NCBI GenBank assembly: GCA_039545335.1
Contig: BCIN01000004.1
Span: 858,925-922,924, forward strand
Length of the DNA stretch: 64,000 nucleotides
Direction of reading: 5' to 3'
Source of the DNA: Kondoa subrosea
Taxonomy: Eukaryota
Shown: one piece after another, positions 26,236-40,288 of the stretch
How positions within the stretch are numbered: position 1 is the first letter of the stretch
How the letters are laid out: each line of letters begins with the position of its first letter
Position numbers and translations under genes: made by a program
Notes under the pieces: generated by a model
The model's input: only the letters and a program-made list of their open reading frames with translations
Database searches by the model: none
What the model was told of the DNA's origin: nothing

Positions 26236-26649
26236 ACGGTTTGCGAAAGGGGGAAACACAGTTCAGGTCTTGGTGCTGTTTCAAAAGAGTATGCTATTCC
26301 AAATTGCATTGTATTGGCTTGAAGATCAGTTCTTTCATGGCTTCTGTTTCTTTTGCTCTATCTTTCATCTGGATTCTTGAGCTGCTCAGATCTGTAAGTA
26401 TTCAGTGGTTACTGTCCGACTTGAGCTTGTCTGATCTCTCCCGCGGAAGGAAGGAAATCATTTCAGTCTTCCTAAATTCCTTGACTGCGATGAAAGCGCT
26501 GAATCAAGTCCACTCCCTCCTTTCTGATCTCGTTTGATGTCTAACGTGAATCGCTCAAGTATCGTTCATCAAATCCTAAATCCGAGCTTCTTCTTCTGAA
26601 TTCTTCTCTCGCTGTCTTGTCCCAACATGCTGCTCTCTTGCTACATCTC

Positions 26650-28118
26650 ATGATCATGCTCTACATTCTATCTATCCTTTCCCTTTTCCTATCGCTTTCT
26701 TCAGCCTGTCCGTCTGGATCAGCCTTGAAAGAAACCTTCTACGACCTCTCTTCTCATCCTTGGAACCTGAACGACTGGAGATCAACAGGTCAACAACCAA
26801 TCATATCTTCCTCTGGACTAACCTTTGCAATGAAAGCCAATTCAGCAGCAACCACAGCAATTAATGGTGTTCATTATCAACCAAGTTCGGACTCAGCTTT
26901 CAGTGCAAGCGTATCGGTCAAGATGGATTGTGATGCATCTGGAGCATCAACGGAATTGATCTTGATTGGAGAAAACGATCGATCAATCTGGAATATATCA
27001 CTTTCACCTCCTCCGTTGATACCAGCTAATGTCAAGTCTGCTTCAAAAGGCGTCATTGCAGATGCAGTAGCGAATGCTATCTTAGATGCTCAGCGCCTCG
27101 TTGGTTTCGTCAGTCTATTTCTTTCCTTTTCGTATGAGGTGTATGTAGACGCTGCGTTGTTGTTCCGAGCAGTCACTTTCAATTGAAGGTCAAAATCCCT
27201 CAGATGATCAACCACTCAATCTTCAGCCCCAAGATATTTCGGATTCACTTGTTCTGATGAAAGAAAAAACGGATGCCATGAATGGTCTGAAATTTACCGT
27301 CAAAGACGATACAGATATTTGCAGCAAGGGTGATTTCAATGCTCTATTTAGCTTCTTCTGAACGCTGATACTATATATAGTGCATACATGGAGATTATCG
27401 CTCACTACAACATCTCTATCTGTCTATGGCCAATCGACCGGATCAACAGCGCCAGAAGTATTACTCTTCACTCTTACTACGGACGATACTATATTCCCTG
27501 GTGTGGATAGTTCAGGGCTTTCACTGGCTTTGGGAGCTGCTTCTGGGTCAGTGCAAGGCAAAGATTCGACAATAAGCTATGATAGCGTTTATTTATCGGG
27601 CTGTCAAGGTATGAGTGCTTATTACTACGGTGGGATGACGATTCTGATCATCCTCTAGTGGATGCTACTACACCTGCACCTCCCTTGACGAATTCTGTAC
27701 CAAATGTCGATAGCTCTGCTGTGGCTTCCTCTTCCGCAACACCTAGCGTCAAGTTGATGTCGCCTATTCTGCTTCCAGTCGTTCCTCGCAGTCTCTCTTC
27801 TACTGCAGCAGTAATTCCCATCCGAAGCGCCAGTGATGTCCAACTCACGTCAACGAGGCAATCGGATCAAAGTGAGCTATTCAGGCTTGTAAGAACATAT
27901 AGACTGATCTATTGTGTCTCACCAAAGTTGGGGTCTACTCTTCGTTGCGCACCGGCACTGGCCAATACAAGGTTCTCACAGTAACTTCCACTTCCACTTC
28001 CAGTCTCGATCAAGTCAATGGCTCGAACAATAGTAGCATATTGCTGGGCTTCCTATGCCTGAGTCGGACTTGGTTGAGAATCTTGCTCGTGCTTGTTCTT
28101 CATTTTTTTGTAGCTTAG
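26650..28118 (+). CDS. Secreted/surface protein with a concanavalin A-like (GH16-like) domain, Ser/Thr stalk and hydrophobic C-terminus
   Basis: Signal peptide MIMLYILSILSLFLSLSSA; beta-rich domain (KETFYD..W..GLTFAM..VSVKM..HTWRLSLTTTSLSVY..ISYDSVYLSGC); S/T/P-rich region; hydrophobic tail. Confidence 0.65.
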
Positions 28119-28986
28119 GCCAAAAAAGGGTCTGATGAAATCGTAGATTGGTATTATTGACTTACACTACCTCCAAGAGCAGAGTCATAGCGCCTTGTCA
28201 CCAATTCTGCCAGACAACATCCGACGCAGATGTCTCAGTTGCTGTCTTGCTCATGAACATAACATGAAAGTTGTTGCGATAACTTGGAGAAATGAAATTT
28301 CAAGCGATTGAAAACCTTGGGGCCGTTACTGATCTGTTCAGACGAGATCGGACCATTCGAGCGACTTGCATGGCTGAATGTAGCTGACATGCGAAAACCA
28401 AGGTTGGTATTTCTGCAATCACGACTATGACAGGACACCCGGAACAGCTTGCTGGATGCCTATGGAAGATACCAATCTTGGATACATGATTTGCTGGAAA
28501 AGCTAGATCGCTACTGCTAGATTGCTACGCATGCTTGCAGTTGTTCTACATTTTTGGATCATCTGTATATGGACCGAATTGTCTGCGCCAGTAATCAGCG
28601 CCAAGACAGACCTACGGGCTATCTGCTGTCACCTGCTGTTGCAGCAATACCCACCAAACTGGATTCCCAGCCTGACTGACTGCTCAAATCGGTAGCGCTT
28701 GTTTTTGATTTGCTTTTACCGTCGAGCTATGTCTCGTCTGTCTCAGCCGGGGCTATTATCAGAACATCAGATGTACATCAGATGTATGGATATCTTCGGA
28801 TTCAACGTCATCAGACATTATCTCGTACGCAATGTGATCTCGGATTATCGGACTTCCGTGCTTCGTCCTGTTATTTAAACTGGCTTGAGCTGTTTCTCCT
28901 CTCTTCTTTTTCACCAACTTCTTCTCTTTTGAGTCTTACGACTTCGTATAACTCGATCCAGGATCATTAACAACTCAACAACCAAT

Positions 28987-29674
28987 ATGTCAACCTCTTA
29001 TGCCAAGAATGGACAACAGGCCATTGAGTCAGTACAGTACGAATATGGTCAAAACCCTGGACCCCATCATACGCCGGAATCACTGTGGCAAAAGAGAAAT
29101 CACGCCGAGAATGAAAGGGACAAGTTGCTGTCTGAAGAAAGTAGACTATTCTGGGGAAGAAAAGCAGGAGACAGTCTAGAAACGGTCCGTGGCTTTCTAT
29201 TGTGGTGCTGTGATAACTAATCATGTTAAAGATGCTTGCCACGCAAGAACGGGCCAAACAAGTTAAAGATGAAAAGAACGCCTGGCAACGAAAGTATGCG
29301 ATATTGGACGACCATCTATCTCCTGGACCTCATCATTCAGAACAAGCCGCTATTTCACATCAGAATGCCATCTGGCTGGAAAGGTCAAAATGGGAGAATA
29401 CAATGAAGGAATTGAGAGACGCACAAAGACATGAAAAAGATCTAGAAAGGGTCCGTAGCTTTTCAAAGAGGTGCCGTGATACAGTAACTAACTATGTTCA
29501 AGATGCGTGCCAGAGAAGAAGAACATGAATTGGCCAAACAAAAGAAGGACGCTTGGCAAAAGAAGTATGCAGACTGGCGAGGCTATGTATACCAACTCCC
29601 TCTAGAGACACGTCGTCTTACTGACTCCTGTTCATGTCCAGGTCAATTATAATGGCCCTTCGGCTGCCCGTTGA
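28987..29674 (+). CDS. Small hydrophilic protein with two internal repeats
   Basis: Four predicted exons; PGPHH..KNAWQRKYA and PGPHH..KDAWQKKYA; ends YVNYNGPSAAR*. Confidence 0.65.
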
Positions 29675-30392
29675 AGTCTAGCAAGTTGCAGACTGAGGAC
29701 GGCAATTCGATTATATGCATTTTTCCCATTCTTTCATTTCACAGTTCCGCAGCTTCGTATCTTGATGATCTCGCGTTGTTGCCGATGATCCAAGCTTCCA
29801 TTTGATGTCTACGTGGCTATCGATCTCCCTCTGTTGTTCATTTGGCTTGGATGATTATAGCATATTCGCAAGCTGAAAACTCTCCTTCCGCTATAAAGTC
29901 ATCTCCATCTCGTGCCATCGGTATTCTTCGAGACGTGTTCACTCATGTTCTTTGTCTCGCTCGTTGCCAATCGATGACCCGATGATTCCGCGCTCGGGTC
30001 TGCTCTGGCATTGTTAAGGAGCTTGCACTCTACCTCTTCTGCTGACAGTGGCTTCTTATGTACCACCTTAGCATTTTGGCCAAATCCTGCTATCGACATC
30101 AAACCTCCTACCAATCAGCTCAAAACTACCTGCACCAACCCAGCTATACCGATTTTCGATTGAACGTGTTTGATAAATCAAGATTGCATAATGCATAATT
30201 ATTGTGCGTGCATACAACAAAATCCGTAAATGAGTACATCGAAGAATGCTCTGCCCTGTTCCCCTTCTCTTGAAGTTTTCCTTTTTCCCGCCATGAAATT
30301 AAAGCAAACCAAAACCATGAATGCAGAATTACGTAGAATAGTATAGATATGGTCCCAAGGTTCCCAAAGACTTCTTTTGCTCGGGAGATGGA

Positions 30393-33300
30393 TTAGACTG
30401 TAAGTTCCAGTCTCTCCAAAATAGCGGTGTAGATCTGCAGGTGGGAAAGTTGCAATCAGCGTAAGAACGTCATGCAAGAAAGGACGACTCACACCACGAT
30501 ATGCCCACAATTCTCCTTTCAACCTTCTGATGTCCACCGCATACAGCTTGGGCAAGTTCTTCATCCGAGAAATCTCAACCGTAAATCGAACTTCTGCTCC
30601 ACTATCTCCCTTGCTGTAGTAGGGCAAAGGTGAGCCGGAGCCCATGACAGCTGACGAACCAGTGCGAGGAGACATCAGTGGATCCGGCGAAGAATCGAAG
30701 CCAGAAGTAGAAGCGCTCAAAGCAGGTGAAGGTAGAGCGCCAACAGTATAGACCGAATTAGTGCTGCTGCGACGTCCAAAGAAAGCTTTGAAGGTACTGC
30801 TAGGCGAAGGCGAAAGTCCCATGCTCGATGGCGAAGCTGGAAGACCAGTACGTCCGTCCAGTCTTTCGCTGCTTGCGGCTCCGATGCTAGATGCATTATT
30901 GTTGCTGAGAAGAGAGCCAGCGCCGACCGAAGAGGCGAGACCGCCTGAATGGACCGCATTGATAGTCATGCCATAGCTTGAAGCAATCTTCTTTGAACTT
31001 TGACGCGTGCACTTCAAGCGGAAAGGACCAGCTTCTTCGCGAACATCGATACCCATAGCCCATAAGATCTTGCGAATGTCTACAATAACTTGAGGAGGAC
31101 TGCGATATGTAAGACCTTGCTGGTCGACTGCACCAGTGTGGAAGCGCAATCGATTCTCGTTGAATATTTCAGGAGAGCCAGGCAAAGTCGATGCAACAGA
31201 TGCGGTTCTTTGTACGGTTGAGACAGGGATAATTGGACCTGCGGGCTTATCGTGAATCGACATTGAAGTTTCAATAGTTTCGGCGATGCTAGTGATGGGA
31301 GAGGATGGCGTGATATCATTGCTTTGATTGATTTCAGATGGTGTACGAGTGACGACAACTTCAGGTGCAGCTTGAGCATGCTGTTGTTGCACGATCTCCT
31401 GTCTTTTGACGGAAGCACGCGTAACTCGTGGTGCGGTAGATTGAGCGGTATTTCGATCAAAGTCTGTCGATATAGGTGCTGGACCTTGTGAAGCGCTCAA
31501 AGATGCGTCGCGTGGCATACTCTTCCATCTAAACCAATCCATGACCCGCTTAGCTTTGCCAACAGGAGGACCAGCTGTACTAGCTTGCCAAGAAGGTGCT
31601 GCTGTACTGAAGGCAGTGGAAGCTTGAGATGGATCTCTTCTCGTAGATGTGACAGAAGGAGCGGCATTTCGTACAGGAGGTGATTGCACAGCTCCTTGAG
31701 CAGGAGTAGTCTCCAAAGCAACACTTGATCTTGTTCGAGGTCTATCGCCAGTCGGTCTGGAGCTTGTAGATCCTGAACTTCCCTCTTGAACTCGAGCACT
31801 GCTACGTTTGCCACTTCTGGTTGAAGAACTGCTTGAAGCTGGTTTGAAAGGTTCGACTACTAAGCTGAAAGCTTTCCGTCTAGGCTTGCGTTTCGTGACG
31901 GACTCATCCAAGCCATCGTTCTCTGCAGGACCTTTTGCTTGTTGTGCTAGGCTATTGCTGGATCCCAAGAACCGAGAAATGGAGAATCGATCGCTTGAGC
32001 CATTCTTCCTATGTTTGCTGGTGTTTGAAGCAGCAGAAGGAGGTCTGGAAGAATTGCCGCTGGATGACCTCTGGATCTGAACCGCAGGTGCAGCTAAAGG
32101 TTTCGTACGTTTCTGTTCCGGTGAAGGTGGGAATGGTACATTCTGAACCTCACTTAGCGGACTTGGCGGAGGAGGGGTGGTAGACCGAGTCTGAGCAGCT
32201 GATGAATTATTCAGGTTGGAAGTAGAATGACCCAAATCGCCTTGAGCAGAAGAATTGATTGACTCCGCTCGACCGTATTCAGAGTGGACTGGTGAGACTG
32301 CTGCAGGTGAGTTATCTCGGACCGATATACTAGGAATGATGGAAATGGAGGTGTCTATTGGAGCTGGTTCTTCCACTACAGTTTCGATCGGGCCAGCCAA
32401 AACTTCTTGTTGCTGCGATTCTTCAATTATAAGAGGAGCAGCTTGTTCAGGTTGACCCATGGTGACATCTGGCAGCGTTTCAGGAGAAGGAGCGTATTCG
32501 ACTTGTACGGTATAGCGATTTGCTTTAGCTTTGCTCTTGCGTTCCTTTTCCCGTTCTTCCGCTTCCTGAGAAGGTTCAGAAGTACGTTGAGATTTGGCTT
32601 TGGGCATCTCTTGATCTCCGCTTGGTATACGCTTGCGATCTTGTTGAGCGATAAACAGTTGATCTTCTTCGACAGCGACTTCTGCGCGTGGCGGGGCAGA
32701 AACAGATACAGCCATGGGAATAGCCGAGTGAGATTGAGAAGATGACATTGCAACGAAAGGATCAGCTGGTAATGGTTCAGCTTCTGCTTTAGTGGCAATG
32801 GTGGGCACGACAATAGCTGATTGTGCGTGCGCTCTTCTGTTTGATGAAGCAGACGGACCAGGTCGAGAAGGAGAAGAAGTGCTAGCTGAAGGAGCGTAAA
32901 GAGGCTGCATGACAGAAGAGCTGGAAACCATTGCGCTTTGAGGTCGCATGCCTGCGGTTGTTTGACTTCGAGTCATATGAACCGCTTGCTCTTGTTGTAG
33001 TACAGCATTGCGCTGTCTTTCCAACATTTGTCTCTTGAGTTCATCTTGCTCAGCAGCCAAACCTTCCAAATCCTCGACAGTGCGGTCGAAGAGAGAAGCG
33101 TATTTCCGCAGCCAACGATGTTGAGCGACGTCCTGCAGAGTACATCTCTTCATTGGATCCGGCACGAGCATTGTCTGAAGTAAATCTCTAGCTTCAGCAC
33201 TGATCCATTCAGGGAAAGAAAGAGGTGTATTCATGATGTACTTGTACAGAAGGTTAATGTTCTCGCTGTCGGGATTGAGCGGATCGTCGTCGAAAGGAAG

Positions 33301-34730
33301 ATAGCCAGCCAACATGGCGTAAAGGATCACACCACATGACCAAACATCAACAGCGCTACCAACATATTTCCCATCCTGAACTACCAATTCAGGTGCTGCG
33401 TAGCAGGGTGAGCCGCATGAAGTAGCCATGAGATCGTTTCCTTTGTCTTCGAAGCGATTTGCAAAGCCAAAATCGGTAATGATGATGTTGCGATTTCGAT
33501 CAAGTAGCAGATTCTCCAGTTTCAGATCACGATGGATAATTTTCTTCGCATGGAGATAGGCAACTCCCGAAATGAGTTGAGCAAAGAGTTTGCTTGCATC
33601 GCGATCTTTGAGGTATCGATGAGCGAGAATATGATCAAAGAGCTCTCCGCCTAGATAAACACATTGAGCGCGATTCTATCAACCATAGAAGTGAATACTG
33701 ACCGCTGGCATATTCAAGAACGATTCCGATATATCGCTCCGTCTCAATTACATCATGCAAGCGAACAATGTTTGGATGCTTGACAATCTGCTCGTGGTCG
33801 TTAATGAGTACAATCAGATAGACAACAAAGGTCCGTACCTTCAGAACATCTATCTCTCTGACTACTTTAGTCATCCTAGTAGCTGAATCCTGCACGCTTC
33901 CTCTTTTGATGAGCTTTATAGCAACTTCTTCACCCCATCGTCTGCCATTATTATTAGCATGCTCGCATCTGCCAAGCATATATGACGGCTTACGTATCTC
34001 CTCTAACACCAAGTTTGACTTTCCCAAACTCTCCTTCACCAAGCGTCTGTAGCAACTGATATGGACCGAAAAAGATCTTGGGTCTTCCACTATTACCATG
34101 TTGACCTGAAGGAGGAGGTTGATAGATTCCCATTCCTTGATTCTGTTGAGGTGGAATCTGACCAGAAGTGATCGTGCTGGGTGCGACAGGAATATTGTGG
34201 GTATGCCTGTTTTCTGCTTTTCTTGCAGCTCCGGTAGTTACTGCTTCCCTTTGAGTAGCTTGTTGTTCAGGAGTGAAAGGGATAGGCGCTATGGTAGTTG
34301 AAGCTGGTCGATGAGATTGACGTGTTTGAGAAGAGGAGCCATTGCTTGAATTGGTACGCGAAGAAGAGGCAGTACCAGGTCTCGGTACGGATGTAGGAGA
34401 TGGATAGCCTTGAGCGGCAGATGAAGAGGAAGGTGTAGAGGGAACGGGCTGCTGTTGAGACTTCCGCCTCGAAGGATTGAAGGGAGGGATTTCTAGACTC
34501 ATTGTTAAAGCGTTCTCTATGCCTTGCTGATTTGATGGCCTCTGAGGTTGATAGTGAGCGAACTGAGGACTCTGAGTTAGAACAGGTGCAGCAGGTAAAG
34601 GCGAAGCCGACGTTTTGATGCTTTGACTGTTTCTCTTTTCTGCTCTGCCAGAGGAAGAGCTGTTGTTCGATGATGGCCTATAAGGTTGCTTGAACTCGTT
34701 TTGCGTAACTTGAGAGGCCACTGCAGCCAT
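30393..34730 (-). CDS. KIN4: CAMKL Kin4-like Ser/Thr kinase with a C-terminal KA1-type domain
   Basis: [74 protein letters not shown]-terminal [29 protein letters not shown]. Confidence 0.92.
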
Positions 34731-35281
34731 TTACGAGCGAGATGTATAAAGACTGCTTCGACGCGAACCGATTTGCTTTTGACTTGCACAGAAACTTTGG
34801 ATGAGCTACCGTGTCCGGGTGCAGATATAAGTCAGTGTCAAGAACAAAGGAGCACTTCCACTTTGGCTCGCTCGAATTGCGAAGGGTCTTAGCACTCTTG
34901 AGAGAAATGCGACCTGAATCTGTGCAAGACAGAGCCAGTTGTTTTGTGTTGACAGACGCCTGTATAGTGGACCAGGCCGTAAGCGTAGCCGTCAGCCACG
35001 CGTGGACAAGCAAGTAGGCGGTTGTGCAGCAACAAGAAGGTGCAAGTGTAGTTTCGAAGTCAGCACTGAGTCTTCTATTGTTTGGCGTCGAGCTGCAACT
35101 TCTAGCTTGTAGGATTTCTGCGTGATGTGTTTCGAGGGCGAAGAACCAGCTTTGCCTCTGATAGATGGATGTACCAACTCAAAACTCGAAAGGGGCAATT
35201 CTGGAACGCGTTCGATAAATTCACGAACAAAGTCAACATTAAAGTCATTGTTGACTCTCATCGCTTGCACTAGTAGCACAA

Positions 35282-38021
35282 CTATGATCTCGAGAAGGCC
35301 TCCTTCAATCTATTCAACGCGATCTGTTCGAATCGAAAATCAATTTACTTGCTTTCGTCAACACGATCAACCAAACTCACTTCATAAACACGCATCATCG
35401 GATCCAAATCTTTTGCCTTGATACGCATCTGATCAATCCCTTCCATTCTTTTACCGAGCATAGCTTTGAAATAGATCGCTTCTTGACTTTCGACCAAACT
35501 CCACGCGTCACCTTCTCGACCTGCTCGAGCCGTTCTTCCAACTCGATGCACATACTTCCGCATATCCACCGGTACGTCGTAGTTGACTACATGTGTTACA
35601 TGCGAGATATCCATTCCACGAGCAATCAAATCGGAGCAGACCAATCTGTTCGTCGTACACACATATTAGCTATCAACTGACAACAAGGAAAGGGAACCAC
35701 GAACAATTGCACTTCACCAGCTTTGAATTGGGCTAATATCTTGCCTCTTTCTTGAACTGGTAAATCACTCGAAAAGGATTTGACCATGATTCGTTTTTCT
35801 TCCAAAGGCGATTGATCTTCCATGAATTCGAGCAACTTGACTAGCCTAGTTGCAGATTCGATGGATTTGGTGAAACAGAGACCGTGTGTGATATTTTTGA
35901 GTTTCAGAAGATGCAAGAGCATGAGTGGTTTGACTGTCGATGATGTGACTAGCATATGTTCCTGAATAATAGATCAGTAAAAGAGAACACAGAACAGGAA
36001 GGACAAGATATACCTTGAGGGTAGGAGGTAATGAGAAATCAGCTGTATCGCTAATCACGTCTTGACTTTCAGTTGTGACGGCGATGTACAGCGGAGAGTA
36101 TAAATTTAGCCGACTAATCTGCTTAGGATCTCGACTGAGAGTAGCAGAGAACAATAGCTTCTGAGCCTGTGGAAACAGGTCAGCTCAGTATGACGGACTC
36201 GAAAAGCACTCACTGGAACTCGAGGCACTAAACAAGGCTTTTCAGAAGCAGCAAAGTCTTGAGCTTCTTTCAGATGAGCTAGGACTATCGGTAACCATTC
36301 GTTGAAGGATTGATCGAGCAGTCGATCGGCTTCGTCAATGACCTATAATCCAGCTTAGCCTTTGAATCGAGACAACACCCATAAGCGTACAAGGAATTGT
36401 AGATGCTCGAGTAGTTTAGGATTACCAGAAGCGATATGATCACACAGTCGACCTGGTGTAGCAATCAATATATCCACACCGCTATTGACATATCAGCCGC
36501 GTTCAACGCGTAATTGGACAGCTTACCAGCATCCCAATGTGCCACTGAGCATCTCCTGCTCTTTCGCAAATGTGTGTTGCCCGCTCGCGGTGCCGACCTG
36601 CTTTCTTAATCAACAATTCGTCTCATTTCCAGCCAAACCAAAACTTACTTTCAGATCTGTTCCCGCGCAGAATGTATCGAATGTCTCCTTCACTTGCAGA
36701 ACCAAATCTCTCGTAGGTAGTACCACTAAAGCTCTCAGGCGTTGTATTATTCGCGGAGCAAGTATCTGTAGGCAGAAAGTTTACAAATTGCCAAGCAAAG
36801 AGCGAACTGATCAGCTCACCTCTACTATAGGTAGCACGTAGGCTAAAGTTTTACCACTCCCTGTTGGTGCGTTGAAACAGAGATCGCGCGGTTGCATACT
36901 CTTCACTCGAGCGATTCTTGATTTTGTATCTAGCAAAAGAGGTAAAGCAACCGATTGAACTGTACGGCAATCGCAGTCTGCATCAGCTGAATACTGATGG
37001 CAGGCGCTCTCGCATACCAGCAAAGAATTCAGTCATTGATAGATCGGCTAGTTTGCCTCGAGCTCTTTCGGAGAGCAAATGTTTCGGCCCGTCTTTCGAC
37101 GTCGACTCCACGAGATCATCAATCTATCCAATAAGAAGCAGTTGGTCATAAGTCAGTCAACAGACTTTCACCGCCGCTTTTACGGACCTTTACTGTTGTG
37201 CTCGGGTTGACCCTTAGCCCACCTTGTAATTCTTCAGCTACCGACAATTGCGCTAGAAGACTTTTGTCCGGTGCAGCAAGTGCGACAGGTTTTGGGAATC
37301 TTGGTAGTGCATTAGGATGATCTGGCATGACTTCAGGTTCAATAGATTTGGGTTTCGCATGCGCTGCTAGACGTTTCGATTTCGCTGCTGCTTTAGCCGC
37401 TTTCTTTAAGGCTGCAACATCGCCTGCTGAGACTGTGATAGGTTCTTCTCCGGTATCTACAACAGGCTCAGAGGGTTTAGACTTTTTGCGTTTCTTCTTT
37501 GGAGGCTCCTCGACAATAGATTTCTGTGCAGATAGGTCTTGAACATTGATAGGAGCAGGTTCGACAGCCTCAGAAACGGGTTCAGCAGTATCTTGAGCTC
37601 GTTTCAATCTTCGAGCTTCTTTCAACTCCTTCTTCCGTTGCACTCTCTGTTCAGGCGTCTCTGCAACTTTGTCCCCTTTCTCAGTAGTAGCAGTCACGAC
37701 ATTTCCACCCAGGACAGTAGACTTCTTTGCTGATTTCTTGCGGTCTAGTTTTCGTTTAAGATATTTCTGTTTGGCTTTAGTCTTAGCCTTTGGTTGCTGC
37801 TGAGAAGGTGTAGGTGTATCTTTCAGTATACCCTTCAGAGGTTCAGCAGTCACTTCAGGTACATCTTGGCTTGCTTCAGCATTGTCATTTTTTGTTGCTT
37901 CATCTCGTTTGGCTTGATTACGAGCGATACGGTCCTTGATGGATTGCAGAGCAGCGTTGGAGTCCTCTACAGGTGCAGTTCCGGGGGATGCTGTCGGATC
38001 ATAACGTTGATTGGAAAGCAT
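35282..38021 (-). CDS. DBP6: DEAD-box RNA helicase Dbp6/DDX51
   Basis: RDLCFNAPTGSGKTLAYVLPIVE, LVVLPTRDL, IATPGRL, VIDEADRLL, LFSATL, CSDLIARGMD, YVHRVGRTARAGREG; Lys-rich N-terminus. Confidence 0.93.
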
Positions 38022-38115
38022 TGAATGACCGTCAAGAACAAGAGGGAGCAAAGTGAAGATATGATAACAATACGAAGCTCTAATTACTACTCTTCGATAC
38101 AGCATAAGTCTAAAC

Positions 38116-39458
38116 TCAATCCTTTGTGATCTTTGACTTCTTCTTCTTCTGCTTCCCATCTGAAAGCAACTCTTCAACTTTGGCAGCTTCAATCTGACCT
38201 AGTTCCACTTCCGAGTAAGGTCTCTTCCTACTCTTCTCATCCCATAGAGGCGATTTGGGTAACTTTAGCTTTGGTACCACATAAGAATGAGGATGAATTT
38301 CAGGTGTTGCAGTCGAAGAATGAGGATGTTCAGGAATGGTTGCCAATCGATTGGTAGTTTGAGTATACCGAGCTGGATCGGATATGGAGCGCTTCCGACC
38401 AACGTTGAGGGGCCGGGAAAGATTGGAAGTACTTGCACTGTATCGAATTGACATAGTGCGACGAGCTGGTAGAGGCTTGACAGGACGAGACATAGGAAGA
38501 ACTTTGATTGGTGGAGGAGGGGCAGCTCGAGCAGACTGATGCAGTGAAATCGGACCACGAGTAGGCGCTTGCGTAGGTCGAGAAGGTCTGAATTGCTCAA
38601 CAGGACGAGGAGCTTTATTGCTGTAGATGGCGATAAAAGGATTCTGTCGCTGAAGAGCAGACAGATCTGCGACGTGTCTTTCGGTCCCGATTAAGATACC
38701 AGGTCCTGTTTTAGGCGCTTAGCGAGATTGGGTAAAGGAAACAGGCATCTTACCATCATCTTGATTCAACTCGTCGTCTGCGCCTAGCTCGATATCCCAT
38801 CTATAGGCCTTGACTCGCTCGGACGAACGAGGTGCTCGATAGGAAATTTCATATCGCCAGTAGGCCATGGTCTAGAAGGGAGGTAATTAGTTCAGACCTG
38901 GGCGGCACAAAAGAAGCGTGTACCTTGCCAAATGGAATACCTTCACGTTTGCCTCCTTGAATGTTCTCAATCCGAACCGGCAGCAGAGGTTTGCGTTGTT
39001 GGCATTCCCAAGATCCATCAGCATTGACAGCTCTCATCAGCAAATGATCTCCAGGCTAAAGAAAACAATAGTCAGTACTCTTGCATTATTCCGGTATCCT
39101 TCTGAACAGAAGAATACTTCTCTCTTCAAAAACTCACTTTGTATTCAGGTCGTTGGTGATAGTAGCGGTGAATGAAGAAGCAGAGTAAACCCGTTTTGGA
39201 GAATTCAGCTTTTGCCCCTTCGGTAATGACCTGCTTCGAAGCTTTGACGATCCTGATCCTTGCTTCTTTGTCGGGACCAAATCTTGGCAGAGTAGGATCT
39301 GCCGAAAGGAGAGGATTCCGTTTAGGTACAGCTGAAGTCGACGCTGAAGAAGAGGAGGAAGACGAGAAGAAGGCGTTGGGCCGACTAGGTACTCTGCTAG
39401 TTTGCCGAGACACCGCTCCAGCAGCAGGCTGTCTTACCGGAAGGTAGGGATTAGACAT
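38116..39458 (-). CDS. Hypothetical Ser/Pro/Lys-rich protein, multi-exon
   Basis: ORFs 39126-39458 (MSNPYLPVRQPAAG..) and 38116-38493 with intervening exon-like segments; basic C-terminus KQKKKKSKITKD. Confidence 0.55.
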
Positions 39459-40288
39459 ATGAAGTATGATAAGGCGAAACAAGAGAGAAGATGTGGAAAA
39501 GAAAGAGAAAGAGGAACGAGTTGGCTGACAGTCATCATCGGATCTAATTAGAAGGCGTTCTAAACTTCTGTATCGCTCTGCATCAACGTTATTGATATAA
39601 GGATAGCTGCCCAGGCAAAAGGGACAGAAAGCAAGTCGTTCGAAAGATATCAACTGTAGCAGCGAGAGACTCTCATAGCAACCTCGTCGACTGAAATTTG
39701 CCGATATCTCAATTCAGATCTTCAGAACAATAATTTCAACAAAGGGTACAGCTTTTGCTCCCAACCATTTCGGACTGTGCTCTGGTGAATGAAAGAGAGG
39801 TCACACTGCGCTCATGGTGCCATGACAGAAGGCGAAGAAGCAGATCACAGTGACAGAAAGACCAGGGAAAGCAAATTTGAAGGAGAAGCAACCTCTCCCA
39901 CCCTCTCCCTCCATCTCATCTATATCTCTGCTGTCTCCATAAGCACTGAGCGAGCTAGATGCTGTAATCGCTTGTTGGACCCGTTTTCTTCGCCGAATCT
40001 GGCTTCGCGTCATTCTCTCTGTCTTCACTTATACTGAGCGAATCGGAAAGCGCCTGATACTCTCATGCCACTGTTCATCGGCTGAGCGGAATTATGTTGC
40101 CTTTCAAATGTCTCTTATCTGTGTTTGATCATTCCGACAATGACCTTCCAAAGAGGCAGCGCGTTGCCGCAAGTCACGCTCAGTGGAACAACAATCAAAC
40201 AATCTTGACATAGACACCCTCCTCAACAACACATAGAACCAGAACCAGAACCTAACATATAACAAATATTACATCAAGCCCGTCAACC

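Noticed and set aside
29700..30200. 71-aa minus-strand ORF downstream of KIN4
   Set aside because: No ATG-led model or motif; probably UTR or spacer
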